Of a stretch of 64,000 bases of DNA, positions 47,301 to 59,571 are shown piece after piece. A model generated the notes under the pieces. That model searched no databases. It was not told where the DNA came from and saw nothing but the letters and a program-made list of their open reading frames with translations. Positions within the stretch are counted from its first letter, which is position 1, and each line of letters starts with the position of its first letter. Source of the DNA: Iphione sp. A-MEVVRFRX5 (taxonomy: Eukaryota). A program made the translations under genes and the position numbers. The stretch is from the NCBI GenBank assembly GCA_976226885.1, contig OZ320316.1, forward strand, positions 77,004,001-77,068,000. Reading direction: 5' to 3'.

Positions 47301-49858
47301 TTTGCCGGCACTCACAGTCACTATTGTGATCAGGTGGTAGCGTACTCTATGTAAGTCGTTCACTACCACCTATTTGCCCTGTCATTTAAATGGGTTAAAT
47401 GATTGTGCTGTGGAGACCTTTTCAAGTTGAGAAAAGCATCTACAACTTGATCCCTAATATCCCACATTAAGAAGGGCATGCGTATTAAGGGGGGATTTAG
47501 GCTTTACGGCCCACCTCTGGGATCAATAGACGTATTTGGCCGACTGTGACAACCTTTAACATCTAAAGGGGGGTAGCTATGCTGGGGCATTCTCTTAATC
47601 ATGATGGCAGGTGAAGCCCTGGAGCGCCATAGGTTGCGACCGGGTGGGGGTGGAGGTTGGGGGGCGGGGGCACACGTCAACGTTATGGGCCATCAAGGGA
47701 AGGCCTATGACGAGTGACAGTCCCAACCTCAATGGTAATATATGGCAGATATGTTCCTGTAGCCTGGTGAAGGGCACAGTAGCCCCACACTTGAGAAAGT
47801 ACACTATAAGATTCTAGTCAGGCACCTCGTACGAAAAGTTGTTGGCTACTACCAACATATCAAAAACAACATCAGAAAGTGGTTCGGCCATCTCTAGCTC
47901 CTTTTCCCCCAGTCCCACACTAACGAGATTTGTGTTTTTTTTTTCATTGTTAAATCGTTTCGCTACTTTGTATTTTAGACAGTTAAGTTTAAAAAATTAA
48001 GATATGCGATACGTTTTGTGGAAAATAGACTTGTTCTTTAAAGGTAGGTACCATGATCACACTTTTAAAAAATATTATATCCATTAGGGAGTGTGGCGAC
48101 TCGTCAAAATGCAACTTCTCCTTACTTTGAAAACATTTTGAATAGGCAGGCCTACGGCAGGGGAACAATGCTCACTTGTTTTGTGATGTGCCCACCACCA
48201 AGAGAAAAGATCTCCTTCAAACACTTTTACAGGAGGAACAACTTTTCTTCTTTGCTATGGTTTGTGATAATAAATGGCTGACAAACAATTACTACTGTAC
48301 AATAACATTACAGAGAGTTCCAACTCAGTCCACGTTAGGAATCTGGTAATAATAATAATAATAATATATTTTCAAAGTCATTTTTCTATTCATTTCGGGC
48401 TTGTTAAAGTTGCTGAAAAGAATGAATTTTGTTCACTGGTGCCTTGTATTGACTTATAAAATGAATAAATATATTATCCCGAAACATTCCCTTTACTAAT
48501 GGTTTCCATTAATTCAAAAGGGTGTTTTACTTTGGACATAGGAACTAATATTACAATCTATTCCATTCCCGGACGAAACTTTACAATTTCATGAATAAGT
48601 TCAGTCTCATATTGAGCCCTGACAGTAAAATTTGCTTAAAAATCGTGATTAATGTTTTTATGTATTTAGACTGAAGTTACTTAGGTAAGAAGAGAAACTA
48701 AAATACTGTATGGTTTTACACTACCTTATTTATTACAGCGGCAGGAATTAGAATCAGAAGTAGTTCTGTTCATTAGTTTCTTCCTACCAGGTTTGGTGAA
48801 TGTGATTTGAGTACATGTAAATGTGTTTTTTATTTGCTCCTTTGATATTATGGAAGTGGTTTAGGGTAATGGGCACAACTGACGTTTTGTGTCAGAAAAG
48901 GCCAAATTAAACACAAAACGAACGCATCTTCATCTTGCACTACTTCTTCAGCTGGGTGTAATATGGCTTGACTGGGGAGTTTCATAGTGGTAATATCATG
49001 AGAGATTCCCCACACCCTGCAGATTGGCACCCATGACATTATATATCGAAATCTGGTGATGTTAGGGATAGGGTACCAGTCTACATACCCTGTAAACCAC
49101 CAGGGCAAGTGCCGAAGGGACTTGTAGTGGTCACAGGAGGACAATTATATATAAACATTACTTCACTGAAAAAAGATGTATTTTTTTAAGACTTTGGGCC
49201 AAATTTCCATGCATCCATATCTCCATGTAGCGTGTGCATGCAAGCTTTTGGGAATATAAGATAATATCAAGATTGTATCTATGTGCCCGTGTTGTGTGTG
49301 GCAAGCTCTGTGTCTCTATCTAGGATGTTTTTGGAATGAGACATGTCCCATTTCCTGTGGACATGTATTCATGTCCATCTGTGTTTTCAGCATGGCTTTT
49401 TTAAAAATAATGATATATAGAAAAAGTGTTACTGAGGTGTAAATGGCAAAAACGCTGCATTGATGGTATTTTAGTGATTATGGGGTTAAAAGTGTGTGAA
49501 CTTTCCATGGTGCTCCATGGGCCCAAAACACACTACATGGATACACATGTGCATAGAAATTCGGCCTTATCAGAGAATACAAGCATTCCAGAAATCCACA
49601 GAGACTAATCCATGAAATTAAGTATGTGAACTGCAATAGCTACACTATGTGCACCGTAAGCTCTAGATGTGCAGCTGGTACAATGACAATTAACTCGAAT
49701 CTAATAGACTTTCAAAAATTCACTGACCTCAACAGTACTACGGAGAGTGTTTCTATAGCACTCCTACCATATTTCACACTGACATTTCAGTGCAAGAACA
49801 CGTATACATGTACGTTTATATGAAGCATTTCGTAGTTTATCATTGTAAAATGACATAC

Positions 49859-49978
49859 CTTCATCTCGATCAGCGTGGCTGGGAAGTTGCGGTCGAGCAT
49901 GAGGGCAGTGGCGTCGCGCAGCCAGACGAGCAGTGAAGAGGCCAGCTCGCGGTACTCCTCCCACTTCAGTTGGCGCTC
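49859..49978 (-). CDS. shot/MACF1/DST: Spectraplakin exon, start of plakin domain
   Basis: ERQLKWEEYRELASSLLVWLRDATALMLDRNFPATLIEMK; 120 nt, phase 0/0. Confidence 0.9.
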
Positions 49979-52900
49979 CTGGCGAGGCAAGGTAAAGACA
50001 CGATCTAACTTGTAATTTGTTACCTGGATCTCCATGGTTGATGCGGGTTGCTACTAGAGCAATTCCTCTAATTACCACCTAACGATGTGCTACGCTCCTT
50101 AGTGTGTGAATGCGTCAATAAAGTAAGCTGACAGTTCAAAGCAGTCTGTGGTAGTTGACCCTGTCTCAGTCGAGTAATGTAACTTTTGCGTGCTGTCTTG
50201 CTCTAAACAGAAGCAAGATAAGATTATCACGACGGGGCACACGGAGGGGCACCGAAAGTAAACGACACCGCCCAGTCGGTCAGTTCACGTAAAAGCTTAA
50301 AGCAATCGACTTTTAAACTTTGGTAAACAATGGGTAGCTGTTAAAACAGGACGAGATTATTATTTAAGGGCCACCGGTTGTTGATGCCATGTTAGCCACT
50401 TGCAAAAAGCTCGTAACAATAGGGTCAGAGAAACAGACCCTCCGGCGCTGTTTACTTGTATCGCAAAAGCAAGGCAACTTCTTCGGATGCGGCTTTATGA
50501 ATCAGGTGTGTGGGAGGGCGGGCAGATGGGCCACAGGTTGCCGCATCTATTTCAGCTCCTTGACACACAACGGTGTACTCGAGTTAAGTGAGTGGGCGTT
50601 CTTCCTACTGGGACGTTACTGCGGTTCCATATACCAAGAATCGTCAAGAACTGTCCGGTAGGCACGTTAGAGGGACGACCCTTTCTGATTTTGTATATAT
50701 ATAGATTTTTTTCTCCGCTTGCCTCGAGCGGTCTCTTATATGTGCCTCACAAAGGATGACTACAGATGCTAGTGGCCAGTGCGATATCCTGTGCGACTAC
50801 AGATGCTCCTTGTTTCTCTAGGCACGTCTGACATACATGAGCACGAAGCCTGTAAGGTACCCTGTCTACACTCCGAGTACAAGTCCACTACAGTTGTCCG
50901 GACACCCATCAAACAAGTACTCCAAGCCAAGATGCTGCTTATGCGTCAACTTCTTGTGTCGCCCTCTTCTTCTGTGGAGAAAGGGATTCCTAAGCCTGGG
51001 CTAGATTTTATCTGTAAAGCTGTCGTTGGTCAATTAATATCCTCATAAAACTTCAAGGAGCATTTCAACAGTTAGAATATATACAAGGACTGAAAGCAGA
51101 TGATGATAGACGGCGAGTGTGTGCAAAGTCGGGGGGGGGGCAATCTTCACCTCTTCAACACAGACACTAACAGCAATGGACCAGGCACTGGCTGCTCCAA
51201 AGCAAGCCACTCTCCTAGATCAGCACTCTTAATTGTAACTCCAATTTATCGTCATAGAACTATCGAAAACTCGGTCGACGCTTTCCTACAGTATCCAACT
51301 GATGAAGATGATAGTAGCCGGTGTCAAAATATCCTCAAAACGGCGAGCCTCGACTTGGTCAGAGCCTCTTCGGCTTTTCTTCTCCGTAAACTCAATCGGG
51401 ATCCAAACCATGGATCCACGATACACGCTAAAGATGCTTGGGATGCTCAACGACGCCGGTCGGTCTCAGGTAGAATCGCTTTGGATCGCTTTGCAGCAAC
51501 AAGTGGGGACGTGTGCTGTGTGCTGTGACTGCCACGGTGTAACTCAACACTCTGAAAGCATCCGAGCGTCCTGCCGTCCTTTTATATCCCGCCTGCGGTC
51601 GTCCGTCACTACGTCGGGGGTTAGCATCACTGTCTGAGTGCGTGTATGTCGGTCTGTCTGTGAAGCGTGTGGTAGTTTCAAGTCGAATGGGCCGACCTGT
51701 CATCCCGGGCAGTCACTAGCCGCCCTGACTCCTTTAAGGTTGTTGTTAGCGCCTTTCTGATTTGTTTCAACAGACTCTATTGCCACCGCACCGACTGCAC
51801 TGTGATTAAAGGGAACAACTGTTAATTTGGCGAATGTTTAACATGGACTTCGCCGCAATCTTTCCACCTCTAAAAACTGGCAGACTGCCACCCAACGTGC
51901 GCCACCTATTTTTAAGGAAGGCCAAGGGGCTGACAGATCTATCAGCTGAAGGACTAGTGAGAGCAGGGGAGCGGATGCTTAGGGGACTGACAGAATGGAG
52001 TCACAATGATTTAATTCGTTGAAAGCGCTAGGGAACAAACCCTCCTATACAATGTGGACCATTTTAAGGGGCCCGGTGATACTGGTGCTCAGCTTTGTTC
52101 GGTTGCTTCAGCCTATGTGAACTAAAGGCGAACCTAGTACGTCTATCCCACAAGCCTGAGTGGTTGAAACGGCGCCGGTCTGCCATACATATTAATACCC
52201 ACAAAAACGAGTGGTGCACACACGATCTGGGCCAGGACGCGACCAGACGCCGATGGAATACTGAACACATGAATGAAGACCCCTGTATATGGGTCAACTC
52301 CTACTTTTCAACCAACAACATACATCCCTTTTCGTCCCTGTGTCATTGACTTCTTTTCCCAACCGCCTCTGGAACTTAGTATTTTACATTGGTACACCTG
52401 ATGTTGGCGGCACTGCGAAAGGTGCATCCCTCAGGTTACATTCATCACAGGTATTAGTGCGCAGTGCTGCCCTAAAGGCAAAAAGCACCTCATCTGTAAT
52501 CGAGACAGAGGACTATGGAGAGGCCAAAGGCAGCAGAGCAATATCACAAGGCAGAGAGAAAAGGGGGGCCCAATAACGCTTCACCAAGAATTCAAATCAC
52601 TCGTAAGGCTTAGAGAAGGAGTATATAACAAATCACGAAGAATTGATTTCTCGATCCTAAATTACCAGGAAATGCGGAATAATGCTTAACCCTATTCTTT
52701 AGGGGGGGGGGCAAATAACTCGACACCAAGAATTAACAGCACCCATTACGCTTCACTAAAATACCCGTCCCCCCTGTACAGAATGGACGATGCAAGAAAG
52801 CATTCATAATGAGAAAGCCAGAAAGATTAAGAGAAGTGCGACAGAAAGAGAAAAAGGAAAGTCTTGTATTGGGAGCAATACAAACCAAGGTGGTAGGAGG

Positions 52901-53979
52901 AGGAGCATAATTAAAACCATAATGGCAACTGGTTGTACCATGTTTCCTTATGCCAGACCAATCTTACGACATTTTAAAGAACAAAAGAGGCACTTCCGAG
53001 TCGTTAATAATTAGGAACATTTTTGCGAAAATAAATATACCATTTCAATGCGTTGATATCTCTGTATTGTCATCATACAATTTATGTTCCTTTTGCCAAC
53101 CGTTCGGGGTGAATTTCAAAGCCAATCTGCAGTAGCGAATTTTTCACGGGCCTCCATCAGATTTATCGGGTATACGCAATATATATATAATATATACTAA
53201 AAAGGATTACTGAAATATCCACTTTTTCTGATCAACACGAGGGGGCAGCAGTAGCCCGGCTTCGCTCTCTATGTAGTGCAAAATCCCACGGGACTCTATA
53301 TTGGCCTCCTCTGGCAGATGGATGCTTTCCAATAAACCAGGACCAGAGGTACTGACGCGGACAAACTGATGGAATGTGTTGACCACTCCAGGCAACTGTG
53401 GCCCCCACCAACCAGTTCACTCTACGGGGAGATGATATTTTTCTTTTTTCCTTTCTTTTTATTGTGGTATCAACCATAGGGATACACACTTTTTCTGTAC
53501 TGACCCAGTGGGCCAAAGTGTGCACATTTCTGGTGGGCGTCCAGGAGTGCCAGGCTAAATAAAGGTGCCTCAATTGGTAGATTGAAGAATGAAGGGGAGC
53601 GAAGGTCTGCCCTTGAAGAAACAGCACGTTGCCAGACACATTCAGTTTCTCACATCGCTCTTCGATAGCGAAACGGAAAAACTACCACAGACTGTCGTTT
53701 TAAGAATTTAGGACACTATATAGAAAAAAAAACTTAAACACGTGTGGCGCACGCAGCTGCCGGCGATTAATTTAATGGTTTAAAACACGAACACTGAACC
53801 ATTTCTTTCAAATGAACCACGAAAGACACTACGTCATTCGAAGAGAAGCAACTCAATATGTATGTAGTCCATTTACAGCTATTCTTCTTCCATGAAAACG
53901 ACAATGTGGCTAATATACTTTTATCTTCTTTTTAAGGCTGTGTATTAAAGTACATGGCAGAAGGAAAGTTGTTGCTTAC

Positions 53980-54086
53980 ATTGTCGCGTAATGATTGCTC
54001 CGTGCTGGGGACTTCAGGGAACACATCATAAAGCGAGGAAACGTAGGTAATGAGCGACTTCTCGTCTGGGCGGGCTACGTCCACAT
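53980..54086 (-). CDS. shot/MACF1/DST: Spectraplakin exon, end of CH2
   Basis: [36 protein letters not shown]; acceptor tcttatcttag, donor gtaagc. Confidence 0.95.
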
Positions 54087-54583
54087 CTAAGATAAGAGGG
54101 GAATACATGCTAGTTCACAGGTATGATAAAACCAACGTTTATAAGGACTGGCCCGATACAATAATAAACCACAACCGAGGAAGTCATTTCCATCCATTAT
54201 CTCATTCAGGTCTCCCATTTATTTTCAATAGATAGGTGACATTTGTCATTGAAGACTTCACCGTTGCTTCGCTGATCACAGGCAGATGAAAGTGACTCTT
54301 AGAGGAAATGAGATTAGTTGCCGCCTGAAAGTTTCCCTATCCGCACACCTTGGCTTGAAGCCAAACATTTATAGAAGAATCCCCTAGTGGTTTATGCTGC
54401 CCTGCATTTCTCCAGTAGGTATACCGCCTTTCAATTAATATGTCAACCAAGGCATTTTAATGTTGAATGGCAAAGCCAAAATATTAATTTTGCTTACTTC
54501 GACAGGTCAGTGACATGCGAGAACAGTTACCAACCATGATACTGAGTGAGCGACAAGGTCAATGGGCTTCTCATTAAAGTTAC

Positions 54584-54699
54584 CTTCAGGGTCGAGGAGC
54601 CGGGTGACACCAAATTCCTTCTCCGCAATGCTGAAGGCCATCTCCAGGTTCTCCTGCGCTGTCTGCTTGGCCACACGCCGGAAGTCGACGAGGTCAGGC
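54584..54699 (-). CDS. shot/MACF1/DST: Spectraplakin exon, CH2 continued
   Basis: PDLVDFRRVAKQTAQENLEMAFSIAEKEFGVTRLLDPE; AG/GT boundaries; phase matches both neighbours. Confidence 0.95.
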
Positions 54700-57145
54700 C
54701 TGCGAAAAGGAAACAAGCACATGTTCAAGATCCTTTAACAACATGTGGCTGGAAATGGGTGTAAGCAGCAATGCTAATATTCTGTCCTACTCTGCATGAC
54801 ACATTTATATGAGGAACCCATATGCTTACTGGGGACGTTGAGCCAACAGCACAGCAGGGGTTTCCTGGCACCTGCAAACTACCTTTCTAATATGTAATCC
54901 TGCGTGCGCTTTACCTATGTAAAAGCCTTTGAAGAGTTTTCCCCCATAAGCTGAACGACTGGGGTGGTCTATGGCTATTTCACCTTTTGAAAGCGTCATA
55001 TAAAATGAGCTATGAAAACAACAGGATGGATGGCTAGGGCTTTCTGGATACTGTAAATAGCCCTGACAACTACACATTCATTGAACATGTTATCATACAT
55101 TTGTCGTTAATGGCTTGTGAAGAATATCCGATCGCTTCAGTTAAAAACAAATAAAGGTCACACTTGCTTTTAGAAACTGGGTATGCTCTGTAATACACAA
55201 ATATATCCTTTATCTCCCGCATATATGGACGACTTTGGGATCACCTTTGCTTCTCTCTACCTGTATGGTTATTCACAACTCATTTCATAACGCCCCACAC
55301 TCCTCAGGACAGGATGTATGAATTTGGATTTAAGACTGTTACACTGTTTATATAGCCCTGTTTCACATAAGTGCCGAATCCCGTAGTGATAGGGTTAGTA
55401 ACGGGACCAGATATGACAAGAAATATCTTTACATAACGGCCTAGAGCGGTTAAGCATGATACCTAAGTGTTGATCTGGACCAAAGTGGCAGGGAGGCTAT
55501 ATGAACAATTAAGCTCAGTGAATGTGACTGTCACCCTCCCCCCGAGTACATACACGTATGCTATTACTGTCGGAATTATGACAACATTAGGTCAGCCCCC
55601 CTTACTAGAAACGATAATTTCCTGTGAGGTTAACCTCCGTACCTCGGGTGATGAGTGTCGGCTGCAGGGGTCCACTTTTGGCGAAAGGACACAGAGACCC
55701 ATGTTTATACTTATGGAACATAGGACGCAGTAATTTGCTTAGTGCTGCTTAAGCATCTTCTGTATCCCTGAAGACGTAGCTTCCGATACAAGAGAACGAG
55801 CATTCTCCATTTTGTCGTTCCTACTGCGGACCTATGAAAATCCTACGCACGGTTTCGAGTGAGCGACGTCCATGAGTAAACTTTATGCTCACTTGCAAAT
55901 GTACACTTCCACTTGATCAACAGTTACAGGTAAACGCTACTAAGATTTTTGAGCTTTATCTATCTTAGAACGACTAGCAGGTGACTAACTTTCCGATTCG
56001 ATCCATCCATGCCGTGTGTTATCCAGCTGTACGTATTATAAGACAATGAACTGGTAACTTCCTTCTACAGATCTTTTCCCTCCTCGGCCGCCAAGCCCTG
56101 TCCGTTCAGGTTACTCCCCGAGACTCTTGCTGACACCCCCGGAGTCAGAGAAAAGTCGGCTTGCCAACACAAACATTGTTCGTAGCGGACGTTAATCCTG
56201 TAGCTGCTGCTCGCCGAATGTGCACGCATACAAACATGACACGAGCGTGACGACCATCTGACCCCGGGCGCTCGTAACTGGACGTCGGCATTTCAATCAC
56301 CTGCCCACCCGATCCGATGTAACAGACCGCTCGAATGGCCCTCACCTCATTTGCTCATTCGCACTTTGATTAACACCTGCAGTTTTCTCGGTGGTTTGTA
56401 TGCGTGAGAACAGAAATGCAGATCCGCCATGCAGAGCTTATTCGACGGAGGCTACATGTATGCAGTTTGACTGGTGAGCTAAATTATGCGGAGCCCATGA
56501 GCTGATAATGACTGCCTTTACGTTCTTTCGCTCTGTACAGTGTTATATGTGTTAGGCACTGATATATCTGTGTTTATTCCAAGTCAGACGGGACTGCATT
56601 GTGTAAATAAGAGGCTAGCTACGTTTAGATGGCTGACAGATGTCCTTCTGAATTGTGTCAATTGTAGGTGGATGAAGTTATACCCGTAAGTGTACATATA
56701 AAGGAATCTTCAAGATTAGCCTCTCCTGCAGAATTAGGACTTCTGAGATTTTTTTCTTGCATTTCCTTCTGGATCCTCCACCTGAAACGATACATTCCCA
56801 CATGCCTGATGAACCGCCAGTCACCTCAACAAGAATCCTCCCTTGTTTCTGAAAATACTCCAGATATTTAGAAATTACACTCCAACCCAGGTGGCACAAT
56901 GCCACCAGTGTACCTTCAGTGACCGAACCCCAAAGATACGGCCGGTTGACGCCTCTAACCCCCTACTTTCCTCAACCACCCTGCTAGTGCTGGGCACAGG
57001 TGACCTGTTCAAGTGGTCATGATGATAAGCTGGTATAGAAGGCACGCCATTGTCCATTCATGCCATCCTTGTGATGTCAAGCTGTATGTAGCTGGCTACG
57101 TGCGACTGGTTCACTGTTGGTAGCAATGCGCCATAATGCAATGGA

Positions 57146-57275
57146 CATTCTCATCTAATACCTGATGAAGGCAAAAATTGTCCGAAACGTTGGGTAATTA
57201 AAACGACTTAAAATTCACTCGCCGTGTTGTGTTTGGTGACTTCCAACTTTATTAATGCATTCTCATCTAATACCT
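57146..57275 (+). mobile_element. Short Penelope-like remnant with a degenerate hammerhead motif between 18-bp direct repeats
   Basis: CTGATGA-aggcaaaaattgtcc-GAAAC-GTT (57162-57191); CATTCTCATCTAATACCT at 57146 and 57258. Confidence 0.45.
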
Positions 57276-57680
57276 AGGACGAGCAACATAGGAATCAAAG
57301 TACAAACGCACAGAATGTAATTCACCTAATCGCCTACCTGCTTCACCTGACCTATTCATGTGTTGTTACGGGCTTTGTCCCTCAATGCTGGTAGAATTAC
57401 CAACCCTTGGGAAGCGTGTTATGAGGAACTACATTAAGGATTCTAGTGTTAAACCTTCACATATCATTTACAAATAACATCACCTAACCTGAAGGGATTC
57501 ATGCAATACACACACAGTATTGGACGAACCTGATCAGTACATTTTCTGTTTAGTTAATTTTGTTGCGCATATTATGTACAAACTAAATACAGTAGAACCT
57601 TGGTACTGGGACATCCCATAGCACCAGACACCCATTTAACTAGGACAAATTTTGTTGGAACCAAGGCTGTTATCTATAGT

Positions 57681-58442
57681 AGTGGGGGCTCTTAGGGCCT
57701 GAAATGGCCAAACTCGTTACGGAGTGGATAAAAGCGCCATTTTTTGTATATAGATCTAATTTTTTAATTTTTGAAGTTAAGTCATAATTTCTTGAGTACT
57801 GGATCTTTACTATTCTCTGGTAGGAATATTTCATAATTTAAATGAAAAACACTATATCAATCTGTTACACTTGATTCATCAGTAAAGAAGAACTGAGACC
57901 CTCAGCAGCAGAATTTGACCAAATTTGGAAATAACATGTCTGATTAGAATTGAAGAAAGGGGGACAAAGAATTATCATAAACTTCTGGAAAAACCATCAA
58001 AATGAAGCTTAAGACTTCTATTTTCATATAAGCTGTGATATAAACTAGAATAGTTCTTTACAGTTGTTTCCATGGAAACAATATAAGGTCAAATCACTTT
58101 TTGTATGAAATTTTGAGGTCAAAGTTCAAATTTTAATGACCTTGACCTTGACCTAAACAAATAAAATTAGTGTATTTAGAACAATTATCTATAAATGTTT
58201 GTATATGAGAATTTATATCATAATATGATAATTAGTCTTTTACCAGGACCAATATTTATATGAAAATTTGATGTAATGAAAATTTTCAAAATTTTCAGAT
58301 ATAAATGGTTGCCATGGCAACCATGTTCAGCTTTCAAGATGTGGACCCTTCTAAAATGAAAATTTAAAGTCTTTTAGATCTATATACAAAAAATGGCGCT
58401 TTTATCCACTCCGTAACGAGTTTGACCCTAAGAGCCCCCACT
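57681..58442. mobile_element. Non-autonomous DNA transposon with ~60-70-bp terminal inverted repeats, apparently nested in a truncated TACAGTAGAACC-type MITE starting near 57590
   Basis: Left agtgggggctcttaggg...ttttttgtatatagatcta mirrors right tagatctatatacaaaaaa...ccctaagagcccccact; target duplication ambiguous (ATAGT 5 bp or TAG 3 bp). Confidence 0.75.
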
Positions 58443-59404
58443 ATAGTTTATGTACCTCTTAGAACTGGGAACACCCCTTAAATGTGGACACTTCCACTGG
58501 GAACCAAGTGTGCCCCAATTCTGTCTGTCAGAATGTTAACTTGGTACACAAACATTTATGCGTTTGACTCTAGGTCTTTTCACTCCAGGGTCGTTACCAA
58601 ACAACACGTCCCAAACTACAATTACTGGCATAAAACTGTGTTATGGGTATAGGTATCCAGAGTACGGACATGTAACGAAATTCGACAGACCTCTTGAGAC
58701 CACTGGTCTTATCCATTAAGCACCACAGGTGCCACGAAAGGTCAAAGACAGTGCATGGATGAGTCCTGCTAGTTTGGTTGTGCATTGTTAAGCCTCAGCT
58801 GAGTAGATTCAAGGGGTGGTGGATGATCAAAGTGCCTGCTCCAAAGGTTGATAGTCGAGAGGCCAGAACAAAGCATTCCTGTCGTGTGTCCTCTGCATGA
58901 CTTTCGCGTTCGAGAACTGTCACCTAAAGATAGGCTCGTGTTACGAGGACGCTGTTCAGGCGCCAAACATGTCATGCTCATCCTGTAATAAATCATCTTT
59001 ACACGTCCCTCGCCAAGCGGTATTAATAGGAAGAAGTGACGGACTACTCCCGATGCTGTCCCATCCACTCCATACCATTTAACAGCCATCTCACTCACTC
59101 CATTCAATTCTACAACTAACAGCTGACATGAGGGACGATCGAAACCTACCTCGGTTGACGGGTCATGCACAGGAGCAGACAGACATTCAATACGCTTTTC
59201 CATACATCATAATATGGACAATAATTGTCATCTATAATACATCCATCATTACAAAGTAAAAAAAAATAACTTTTTCCCGTCCTACATCCAATAATCATGT
59301 AGCACTCCACTGGTCACAATAACAATGGTCACGCTAAACGAATTCGATCCGCTGTATACACACGTACCACGTTGGTTTAGTAACATTGATGAGGTCGAAC
59401 CCAC

Positions 59405-59571
59405 CTGTGCCGATGTAGGATGGAGAGGAAGGCCTTCCCGTCGCGCCAGCTGCTGGAGAAGTCCCGGATGCGCACGCCGGGGTACCCCTCTACTGTTCGG
59501 CGGCTCCATAGCAGCAGAGCCTCCCGGGCGCTGAGGTCATCAGCATGACCCGTCACCACCACATCCGAAAT
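59405..59571 (-). CDS. shot/MACF1/DST: Spectraplakin exon, start of CH2 (second calponin-homology domain)
   Basis: [56 protein letters not shown]; acceptor ctgctgcag, GT donor; 167 nt, phase 0 to 2. The CH1 exon was not found in the window and is presumably beyond 64000. Confidence 0.95.

Noticed and set aside
40300-53900. Scattered short ORFs and GC-rich patches (e.g. 40479-40819, 41273-41464, 51100-51703, 53207-53639)
   Set aside because: No recognisable domains, splice-phase support or clear termini; probably decayed repeats.
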